A stretch of DNA of 64,000 nucleotides, from positions 1 to 64,000 of the IMG/VR virus record IMGVR_UViG_3300010051_000550; one strand, written 5' to 3'. Position numbers and translations under genes: made by a program. This DNA is from a virus (taxonomy: Duplodnaviria > Caudoviricetes). Numbering within the stretch: position 1 is the first letter of the stretch; each line of letters opens with the position of its first letter. Under the pieces are notes generated by a model. That model was not told the DNA's origin, did not search any database, and worked only from the letters and a program-made list of their open reading frames with translations. Shown one piece after another: positions 44,801 to 53,700 of the stretch.

Positions 44801-45142
44801 CCACCCTAGCGCAAGCTCGTCCGCAACCGGGTAAGTCTCGGTATCCACTTTACTGTCCCCTCCACCAGTCGACCCGGTTTGAGGTATCAGGTTTGGACAA
44901 ATTTCCTTTTCTGCCAATCTTCTGCAAAAGTGTTCGAATTCAATTTCTTGTTTTCGATGAGTAAGGGTTTCTAAGTGGTATTCGAAGCTCACTTGTGTCA
45001 ATTGAAGTGTAGTTGAGACCCTAGTATCAGAAAAAAGTTCGGGTCGCCGAGCGCGCATGAAGTCTGAGGGACGCCACTGCGATCCCTGTTGGTGTTCAAC
45101 ATCATGCGATGATGCTTCTTCAGGTAAACTGGTTTTCGACAT
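41804..45142 (-). CDS. Putative defence protein: N-terminal REase-like (PD-D/ExK) domain + TPR-like helical region
   Basis: 1112 aa, low GC; FEHFCRRL...TGGGDSKVD...FAFSAKKDW..KV.SDV.KI...Y.LVYFITNQ; no P-loop seen. Confidence 0.6.
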   Translation of the reverse strand: MSKTSLPEEASSHDVEHQQGSQWRPSDFMRARRPELFSDTRVSTTLQLTQVSFEYHLETLTHRKQEIEFEHFCRRLAEKEICPNLIPQTGSTGGGDSKVDTETYPVADELALGWYEGVGREASQERWAFAFSAKKDWRSKVRSDVEKIAKTNRSYKLVYFITNQFVKDSTRAEVEDALSREFSIDVRVLDRNWIVKCVFEHERLRLAIESLHIEGFGELSKRELGSQDTKRQAEMKELEERINDPERYKGVRYQLAEDCLQVALLARGLELSRMEIEARFERAEHVAMKVGHRQQMLRIAYNRAWTAYWWYGDIELFDNLYERVEELAVGSNQTTDIELMINLWQLLHVEVQRGRPGTSRRKLSKRTRTAKAELNRLAMSSQRPNNAHHARTIKLLMELAEALAKGRGVNGILTQLGSILKKSQGLAEYPVISTIHIIQELGMILASHAKYDELMEEVEEFIKRRTGDSVAGELHLTRGYQKLLAGKNYDAIRLLGKSQQELAVEEHMEEWIMSVAACGAAYERVGLLWAARSNLLIAINSSWSAYHKYGKLLPQTLALTQRIIWLELQLGRIPHVLEWIEVASLLAKSLLLNEEKQEKFINERTIQDQVLAIQFLRLSIWDSKWLNFLPSVLERAELSYSRMALLYVLGYEEYLRSENIISENDSPEEICDLFIRWRNQPASRDLLYQPDLLLSKKVTLRSNVLGCEVSIHAFNDHTSIYLAETILGALEALLATSLESVILPYRSELHISIEPSDFLAGLPKFETDETATGQTISIRHPRTLRRTNQDERGDFSAWLLDFLLHTTLQIGVVVDTDSFTERLAKSEHSIGRAMLITDIDIAVVNMIGSSPRFRLSDWKDDKSDIDYPMKRSLPWDHHLEAEGIDEREEWTLELGKGEIPESSFAIDNLKHKDRKIISLINIPLWDRAKWTAISFGFLPEDVLILGLGFENIEPAKHIFRKWIDRFGSVDEEDQLRISIIRGINRRKKANYRMMISTNLNAIRPSKGNQLHLVSRVHTMEPQNSDNLDGFLKNYKSVGRYVLLPAQYISETEFPDPDWDYAIGKHELIIRSAWEIGENDPDIAALQKGDLPIIPRNIKNPPIKRVLQRLSKT

Positions 45143-45216
45143 ATTAGATCAGCCGCACTGCACACGCCTATGGGAGCATCGCCGGGGTGCTTTATGTTGG
45201 CGCGCAAACGGATTTG

Positions 45217-46056
45217 TTAGTTCGTTTCGAAGCCGTGCGCAGCCAGGAAGTAGCGGCTGCAACTGGCGGTGTTACTAAACAGGTTGACGCTGAAGGGTAG
45301 CTCGGCGTTAGCGTCGACCTCCCCTTGGTCTGTGAAGGAACTGGGGGCAGCGATGGGCACCAGGTCGTCGTCGAAGCAGATGGCAGCGCCCTGAACAAGG
45401 TCCAGCGGGGCGTCGTTGGAGTTCAGCAGTATGCCGACGATATTGTTGCCGACGATATTGTGCTCAAGGACTTCGAGGTCGCGACGGGCAAGAAAGACGC
45501 TAGGGGCGTCTTGGGCTGTAACGCGGTAGTCGATGGTGGCGCCGTCCAGGTCAGTGTCCATGAACCCGACTGTACCGAAGGCGACGCTTCCAGGGGGCAC
45601 GTAGGATGGGGCGAAGAGAAGCCCGGAGCCGGTGCCTAGGACGCCGCCGGCTTCGTCACGGGCGGTGGCAGAGATTTCGACGTTGTAGACGGGGGCGTCG
45701 ACGTTGTTGCGGACGACAACGGAGATGCTACCGAATTCACTGGGCTGACCTTGGGCAATCACGGAGAGGCCGGGACCACCAGCGGGCAGATCGTCGGGGG
45801 TTATGTTGGCTGTGGCGAGGTAGGAAGTGGGTTCGATTGCGGCCGCGGGCGCTGGGGTAGGAGGCGGCGGTGCCGTCGGGGCGACTTCAACGAGGCGGGT
45901 GACCTCCACCTCAATCTCGACGAGGCGGGTGACTTCTACTTCAATCTCAACCAAGCGGGTAATTTCGATTTGCTCGGCTTGGGGGGCGGCCGTGGGCTGT
46001 CCGCCGCAGGCGCTAAGAAGATGGGTAGCGAGAGCGATTAGGGCAATGCGTTTCAA
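45217..46056 (-). CDS. Lipoprotein with VEVTRLVE repeats and FxLYD-like domains
   Basis: GGAGG RBS before TTG 46056; lipobox LSAC; EVTRLVEIEV repeats; VRNN..A.VYNVEI.A...D..G.VLGT. Confidence 0.75.
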   Translation of the reverse strand: MKRIALIALATHLLSACGGQPTAAPQAEQIEITRLVEIEVEVTRLVEIEVEVTRLVEVAPTAPPPPTPAPAAAIEPTSYLATANITPDDLPAGGPGLSVIAQGQPSEFGSISVVVRNNVDAPVYNVEISATARDEAGGVLGTGSGLLFAPSYVPPGSVAFGTVGFMDTDLDGATIDYRVTAQDAPSVFLARRDLEVLEHNIVGNNIVGILLNSNDAPLDLVQGAAICFDDDLVPIAAPSSFTDQGEVDANAELPFSVNLFSNTASCSRYFLAAHGFETN

Positions 46057-46370
46057 TGGGAGCCTCCTGTTTGTATCGGATTGGCTCGGCCACGGGAACA
46101 CGCGGCGGAGTATGAGGCGGACTATAAATGATAGGGTCTATCTGGTCAATCGTTTTGGCGAGGCGCGGCCGATGTGGATGGCGTGGGCTTGGTGGGCAGG
46201 GCGGTCCCGGCTGGATGTGGTTACCATGTACACTAGAGACGCGCGGGTTTTCATTCGGCCGGGGGATGAGATCTGGCGGAATAGCGGGGATTGCGAGTTA
46301 TAATGTGCGGAAGGGGTTGAAGTGTCGCGGTTTTGGTGGAGTTTGTTTTGTGCAAAAGGAGTGAAACAAA

Positions 46371-46595
46371 ATGACCGATGCATTATTGAGGTTGATTATG
46401 CTTGACGTAGAGGAAGGGATCAGGAAGAGAAGCTATTCGGGATACACGGATGAAGCAGTTCTCTCGCATAAGCAATATCTACTCGACAGCGGGCTGGCAA
46501 AGGGAAACCGGCAACGCGGCGATGATACCGTGAAATCTGTTATTCTGACCGGCTTGACCGAACGTGGAAAAGAGCTTCTGAGCACGTTGGGTTGA
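46371..46595 (+). CDS. DUF2513-like winged-helix protein
   Basis: LLRLIML.VE..., EAVLSH..YLLDSGL..G, LT..G.ELL. Confidence 0.6.
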   Translation: MTDALLRLIMLDVEEGIRKRSYSGYTDEAVLSHKQYLLDSGLAKGNRQRGDDTVKSVILTGLTERGKELLSTLG

Positions 46596-46823
46596 TGTTA
46601 ACAACGGTCGCTGTCAGCACACTTTCTGTGATAGATTTCTTGACAAGGAGTGGATTGCTTTCAGTCGATTATGGGAATTAAGAGGAGGCCCCTGAGCGAT
46701 CAGGGGTCTCTCCGTTTTAGCGGACGGGGAGACCAAGGTCGGGCCGGACTTCTTGGATCATCTGCACAATTACTGTTCGAAGTCGGGGTAGATGTTGAAG
46801 AGGTCGGCTCTCGAAGACTTCCT

Positions 46824-46878
46824 GTGAACATCTGTTCACATCGGCCGCGTGTACAGGAGTGCTCGAGTGACCTATAAT
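46824..46878 (+). promoter_or_regulatory. Tail-operon promoter with upstream SOS-box-like palindrome
   Basis: (T)GTGAACATCTGTTCAC(A) (46823-46840), 10 nt, TGTACA (46850-46855), 17 nt, TATAAT (46873-46878). Confidence 0.7.
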
Positions 46879-46939
46879 ATTAGCAATTGAATTTGCCTCG
46901 CGGAGAACCCGCGAGTAGCGACGTGAAACGACCGGACAC

Positions 46940-46982
46940 ACGCCGCGCTGACATGTAGTAGTCAGCGCGGCGTTTTTTATTT
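46940..46982 (+). terminator. Leader terminator/attenuator upstream of the tail chaperone gene
   Basis: ACGCCGCGCTGAC-atgtagta-GTCAGCGCGGCGT-TTTTTATTT. Confidence 0.75.
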
Positions 46983-47006
46983 CCGGCAAAAGGGAGAAAC
47001 AAAACG

Positions 47007-47432
47007 ATGGGACTTTTGGTAGACAGAAACACGCCGCCGGTTGCCGTGAAGTTCGGCAACGACCCCGATGACGAGCAAGAGGTGAACACCGTCTTCGTCA
47101 AGGCCAGATTCACACTGGGGGACACGATTCAGATCGAGGAGGCCAGCCTGCGACTGGAGGTGGCCCAGTCCGATGACAGCAAGGACGGAGAGCCGCAGGC
47201 CTTTCGCGTGCCGGTATCCACCATCGGTCAGATGGTGGCCGCTATGCGGCACGCCGTGACGGGCTGGGAGGGGCCGATGTTCAAGGATCACCGCTATCGC
47301 CGGAGCATCTGGAACGACATCGACATCGCGGAGAACGAGTGGTGGATTCGCAAGGTTCACAAGCGGATTGACGAACTCAACACGCCGCGTACCGATGACC
47401 CGAAGCCGGCGAAAAGCCCAAACGCCAAGTAG
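47007..47432 (+). CDS. Tail assembly chaperone (G)
   Basis: Upstream of the tape measure gene; ends at a slippery site. Confidence 0.75.
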   Translation: MGLLVDRNTPPVAVKFGNDPDDEQEVNTVFVKARFTLGDTIQIEEASLRLEVAQSDDSKDGEPQAFRVPVSTIGQMVAAMRHAVTGWEGPMFKDHRYRRSIWNDIDIAENEWWIRKVHKRIDELNTPRTDDPKPAKSPNAK

Positions 47433-47680
47433 CTGCGGCCGAACCAACGCCGCGCGAGAAGTACCTGACGCGAGTTGAGAACCGATGGCTGCGTCGCTTG
47501 CAGGGCTTGCTGCCGGCGGGGACGGCGAGTGGCGAATTCGACCTGTACGTGCTGATGGCTACCCGATACCGCTGGACGCCCGAGCAAGTTAACGCCTTGA
47601 CCCCGGATTTCCTGGAGGAACTGCTTGCTTATCAGGCGGCTGAGGCGCGGTGGGAAGAGGAAGCAGCGGAAGGAATCTGA
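47417..47680 (+). CDS. Tail assembly chaperone -1 frameshift extension (GT)
   Basis: C CCA AAC heptamer at 47417-47423; -1 frame open to 47680; contains YRWTPEQVNAL. Confidence 0.8.
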   Translation, partial: PKRQVAAAEPTPREKYLTRVENRWLRRLQGLLPAGTASGEFDLYVLMATRYRWTPEQVNALTPDFLEELLAYQAAEARWEEEAAEGI

Positions 47681-47722
47681 GCGCAAGGCCAGGGAGGCCA
47701 GAGCGAAGGCCGGACGATAGTT

Positions 47723-50700
47723 ATGGCTGCTGAACTGGCAATCATCGCCAAACTGCAGGACGACGCATCGTCCGGCATTCGCTCACTTCGGGGGGAAGTT
47801 GAGGGACTGGGGGACTCCGGAGGAATTGCGGCGAAGGGGTTCCAGACGCTGCAGAGTGTGGGGACGGCGTCGATTGTTGCCATTGGCGTGGCCGTGGCTG
47901 CGGCCACAGCGGCGGCCGTGTCGTTCGTCAAGTCGGCAATTGACGCCGGCATCGAGTTTGAGTCGGCCTTCGCGGGCGTGGTCAAAACCGTTGATGGAGT
48001 AGCCGATGCCAGTGGGGCTTTGACTGAATTGGGGCAGCAGTTGCGGGATGAGTTCCGGCAACTGGCTTTGGAAATCCCCATTGCGGTTACGGAACTAGCC
48101 AGGATCGGCGAGTTGGGCGGACAACTCGGCGTAGCCTCCGGTGATCTCATCGCCTTCACAGAACTGATTGCCAAGCTGGGAGTGACAACGAATCTCTCCA
48201 CTGAGGAAGCGGCGATGTCGTTTGCCCAGTTGGGGAACATCATGCAGTCGTCTCAGGACGATTTGACGCGGCTCGGCTCGTCCATCGTGTGGTTGGGAAA
48301 CAACTTCGCAACCACTGAGGCGGAGATCGTGGAGTTCACATCACGCATCGCCGGTGCGGGCGCGATAGCCAATATGTCGGAAGCAGACCTGGCCGGTATC
48401 GCCGCCGCGTTTGCTTCGGTTGGCGTAAGCGCAGAGGCAGGCGGTACGGCCGTGCAGAAGGTCATCCTGGACATGAACACGGCCGTGGTTTCTGGGGGTG
48501 CTCAACTTGAGCTTTACGCCAGGACGGCCGGAATGACTGCGCAGGAGTTCGCGCAGGCGTGGCGAGAAGACGCGGCGGGGGCGTTTATAGCGTTCGTGGA
48601 GGGGTTGGGGCGCGCCGGCGACCAAGCCATCCTGATCCTGAAGGAGTTGGGGCTGACGGATGCTCGATTGACGCGCGGCTTCCTGTCGGTGGCCAACGCC
48701 GGTGAACTACTGCGAGAGGCGGTCGAGGGCAGTAATCAGGCGTTCCGGGAGAACATGGCGCTGGTGCGGGAGGCGGCACTGCGGTTCCAGACGGTCGAGA
48801 GCCAGATGCAGTTGTTCCGCAATGTCATTAACGACGTCAAGATTTCGCTCTATGACGCACTGCGGCCGGCGATTGGGGCGATCATCGCCGCGCTGACACT
48901 GTTCCTCACGTCGGTGGCCCCCCAGGTTCGCGAGGTATTTCAGGCGATAGGCGGGGCCGTCAACGAACTGGTGACGGCTCTGCTGAAGGGGGAGTCTCCT
49001 GTTCTGGCTCTGGTCGACGCGCTTTACATGCTTGGCGCAGGGCTTGGCATGCCGATTGAGAGGCTTGAAGCGATACGACAAGGCGTTCTGAATTTCATTT
49101 CGGGTGTCAGCAGAGTTTTGGGGCCTATCGCGCAGGCTATCACCTCATTTTTCTCGTGGAAGGATGTGCTGGTCGCGCTGGGGGTTGCTATCGCGAGCGT
49201 GGTTATTCCGGCGCTAATTGCCATCGTGCAGTTCGCCGCGCCCATTGTGGCGGTGTTTGGAGGGCTGGTGCTGGCAATCGCAGCCGTGCGGAATGCGTGG
49301 GAGGCGGATTTCCTGGGTATCAGGACGGCTGTAGAGGGCTTTGTCCAGAATGTTTTGAAGCTGATCGAAACGCTGCGGGCCACGAATTTGGACGATTTTT
49401 CGCGCCTCTTCAACGAGCTGCCGCCGCTATTCCAGGAGGCCGCGCGGGCATTGGTGAATCTGAAGGACGCACTGCGAATCGCTTTGGATGGTATTAGGGC
49501 TTTGCTCAGCGGCGATACGGCGACGGCGATGGAGGCGTTTCGCTCGGCATGGGAGAAGGGCTGGACTGCCATCGTCGGCTTTGTGCAGAATGCGGGGGCG
49601 CAGATCGGACAGGCTTTGCAAGGGTTGTGGCAGGGCATTGTGGCGTGGTTCCAGAGCGTGGACTGGGGCGGTCTGGCGCGGGACTTGATCGAGAGGTTCC
49701 TGAGCGGGATGGCGGCGCTGGGGCAGGCGCGGGCTGACCTGTGGGCGTGGATTCTCACTGCGCTGACGAATTTCATCAACAGCGTCGATTGGGCGCAGAT
49801 CGGCTATTCGCTGGTTGACCTGCTGGGCAAGGGGATTCTGGGAGCCGTTGGGCTGATCGCGACGGCCGTGGCGGGCATCGTTACCTTCATCTGGAATTTC
49901 ATCACCGGCACGAACTGGATCGAACTGGGAATCAACCTGGTCAACGCCGTGATAGATGGCTTGGGTTCGTTCGCTAGCGGTGTAGGCGCGAAGCTGGCCG
50001 AATGGCGTCAGGCCATCTTCGACTGGGCCGGCGCTGAGGACTGGAGCGGCGTTGCCGAGAAGATTTCCACGATGGTCGGCGAGAAGCTAGGAGAGATGAG
50101 AGACGCGATTTCCGGCAAGCTCAACGAGTGGCAGACTGCGATCTTCGACTGGGCCGGAGCAGAGGACTGGAGTGGCGTTGCGGCGCACATTGCCGAGAAC
50201 ATCGGCGAGAAGCTGGGTGAGGCGGGGGACGCGATCTCCGGCAAGCTCAACGAGTGGCAGGCGGCCATCTTCGACTGGGCCGGGGCTGAGGATTGGCAAG
50301 GGGTTGCTGATCATATTGCCGAGAACATCGGTGAGAAGCTGGGCGAGGCCGGGAGCAGTGTCACCGCGACGCTCAGCAATTGGCAGAGGGCTATCTTCGA
50401 TTGGGCGGGGGCTGAAGATTGGAATGGAGTGGCAACGCACATTGCCGAATTGGTAGGTTCGGCTTTGGGAGATGCGGCCGGTTCTATTGTTTCGACTTTG
50501 GATAGCTGGGAGCAGGCTATCTTCGACTGGGCTGGAGGAGCGGATTGGGGGGACGTGTCGGAGTCTATCGCCACCCTGGTGGGCGACTCTCTGGGAGAGA
50601 CCAGCGACAAGGTTACAGGCAAGCTGAGCAGCTGGATCACGGCGTTCACTGACTGGGTCAACACGGTCGACTGGTATCAGGTCGGCTATGACATCATGTA

Positions 50701-53700
50701 CAAGATTACCGACGCCTTCCTGGACTTTAAGACGGCCGTCACAGTGAAGATCGCGGGCTGGCTGACCGACGTCAAGACTGAGACAGAGGGATACGCCTGG
50801 TACGAAGTGGGAGCCTACATCCTGCTCAAGATCGCCGAGAGCGCCGCCGGAGCGGTGACGGACTGGGTGCAGGCGGTGAGCGCCTGGGTTGGCAACATCG
50901 GTTCAGCCATCACGCAACATCTGGGTAACTTGGCCCAGGTCGGCCGCGACATTGTGGCTGGAATTGCGGCCGGTATTTCGGCGGCTGGGGACCTCATTCA
51001 AGGCGCTATCGCCGGCGTGGCTGCCGGCTCTGAGCCAGCAGCCCGACAGGCCGTCGGCGCGCAATCGCCCGCGCGCAAGCTCATTCCCGTTGGTATGGAT
51101 ATCAGCGCCGGTATTGCGGTCGGTATCACGCAAGGGGCGGGGGCCATTATCAGCGCGATTCACACCGTGGCGGACGCGACGCAGATGGAATCGGCGAAGG
51201 CATTCGGCGAGGCGATGGCGGCTGTGGCGAAAGGGATTGCGTCGGCGCTGAGCGCGGCGCTGGACGTAGGTTCGTTCTCCGGGTTGGGGTCGGGGTTCGG
51301 CGCGGCCATGCAGCAGATCGCGGCGGCTATGGCCGTGATGGTCGGCGCTGTGGCTTCGGCCAATACCTACAGCCAGGAGGCGCTGGAGGAGCTGTCGGCG
51401 TTTCTCGAGGTGGTGGGGGAGATCGGCGCGGTGCTGAACTCGGTGCGCGACGCGACGGGGGTGGTGATGAATTTCCAGCCGCCACCGCTGAATATCGTCA
51501 CGCTGGCGTTCGAGCGGATGGCGGGTTATCTGGCGGTGATGCTGACGGTCCTGAACGGGCTGACGCTGGAGACTATCGGCGTCGTGTCAGAGTTGGGCGA
51601 CTTCATCGACGTGGCGACTGAGTTGGGGACGCTGATGGTGTCGATCCATTCGGCCGTGGGCGCGGCGATGAACTGGCAGCCGCCCCCGCTGAATATCGTG
51701 GCCACGGCCGTGGGGGTGATGGCGCAGCACCTGGCGGCGGTGATGACCGCGTTCTTTGAGGCCAACCGCTTCGGCCTGGGGGGGCTGGCGATTTTGACCG
51801 AGTTCGCCGGGACGGCCGCGGCCATTGCGGAGATGGTGGGGCCGGCCGTGGGCGCCATGCACGACCTGAATGCCTTCGGGTCGGTGCAGCTGGACAGGTT
51901 CCACGAGGGCGTGGCGCAACTGGCCTATACGCTGCAGATCGTGATGCAGGCGTTTAATCAGGCGAACACGTTTGGTTCGCTGGTGCTGGGGCAGATCTCC
52001 GACTTTGCCGATACGGCCGGCGGGATTGCCGAGATGGTGGGGCCGGCGATTCTGGCCATGCACGAGCTGGACGCCTTCGGCGCGGTGCGGCTGGACACGT
52101 TCCACGAGGGTATCGCGCAACTGGCTTATACGCTGCAGATCGTCCTGCAAAACTTCGTGCGGGTGAATACTTTCGGTTCGGCCGTGCTGGGGCTGGCGCG
52201 GGAGTTCGCCGAGGCTGCGGGGGCGGTCGTGGATGTGATCGCGCCGGCCATCGAAGGGATGGACGAGTTGAACGCCTTCGGCGCGGTGCGGCTCGACAGG
52301 TTCCACGAGGGCGTGGCGCAACTGGCCTATACGCTGCAGGTGCTGGTGGGGGCGTTCGTGCGGGCCAACAATTTCGGCTCGGCGATGCTGGCGCAGGCGC
52401 GGGATTTCGCGGAGACGGCGGGGGAGATCATCGACGTGGTAGGGGAGGCTATCGAGGTGATGGGGCTGCTCTCCGGCTACGCAAGCAGCACACAGCAGCT
52501 CGGGGCGGTGATTCAGGCGTTCGCGGCAGATCTGCTGGTGTTGTTGAACACGCTGGTGGGTGCGTTCGCGGCGGCAGCGGCGGCGGCCGGCGGCGCGGTG
52601 GCGACTGCGGCCGAGTTCGCGGGGCACGCGGAAGACATCATTGACGTGGTGGAGCCGGGGATTGAGGCGCTGTTGGCTATCGCCGGATTCGAAGCGGTAG
52701 CCGGGATTCGTGTGGCGGCTATGGCGTTTGCGAACCAGCTGGTGGCTGTGCTGGCTGAACTTGCCAGCGCGTTCTCTCAGGCAGCCGCAAGCGCGGCTGA
52801 GGCTATCGAGGAAGCGGCTGAGTTTGCGGGGCATGCCGAGGACATCCTCGACGTGGTGGAGCCGGGCATTGAGGCGCTGGCGGCTATTGCCGGATTCGAG
52901 GCGGTGGCTGCGATCCGGGTGTCAGCTATGGCGTTTGCGAACCAGCTGGTGGCCGTGCTGGCTGAACTTGCCAGCGCGTTCTCTCAGGCAGCCGCAAGCG
53001 CGGCTGAGGCTATCGAGGAAGCGGCTGAGTTTGCAGGGCATGCCGAGGACATCCTCGACGTGGTAGTGCCGGGGATTGAAGCCCTGGCGGCGGTGGCGGT
53101 TTATGTTCCGGCGTCCGGAATCGGAGCGGCTGTGCAGACGTTCGCAGCCGATTTGATAGCCGTCATTCTCGCTCTCACAAACGCCTTCCAGCAGGCGGGC
53201 ATTCTGGCGAATCAAGCAGTGGTTGAGGCGGGGGAGATGAGCGGGGCGCTGGAAGATATTGTGTCGGTCGTCGAGCCGGCCGTGGAAGCGGTGGTGGCGC
53301 TTGTCGGGTACACGACCGTTGGCGGCTTGCAGGCGAACGCGCGGCAGTTCGCGGCCGATCTGGTCATCGTCGTACAAACGCTTGTGGACGGCCTGTCGCA
53401 GGCCGGACTGCTGGCGAATCAGGCGGTGGCCGAAGCGGGCGAGATGGCGAAGAGCATCGAGGACATCTTGAAGGTGGTGGAGCCGGCGCTCCACCCCGAC
53501 AAGGGCGCGCTCTCGCTTATCGCCAAGTACGTGAGTCAGGGCGGGCTAGTGCAGAAGGCCCAGCAGTTTACGACTGACCTGATCAATGTAACGCAGATTC
53601 TTGTCACCGGGTTGACGACATCGGCCTTGGCGGCCGGGGTAGCGCTGACGAAGGCCGGTGAGATGGCGAAGAGTATTGAGAGCCTGTTTGATGCGCTGGA

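Noticed and set aside
41804-45142. Assignment to Avs/NLR (STAND) or another named defence system
   Set aside because: No Walker A/B motif found; cannot name a system without an HMM search
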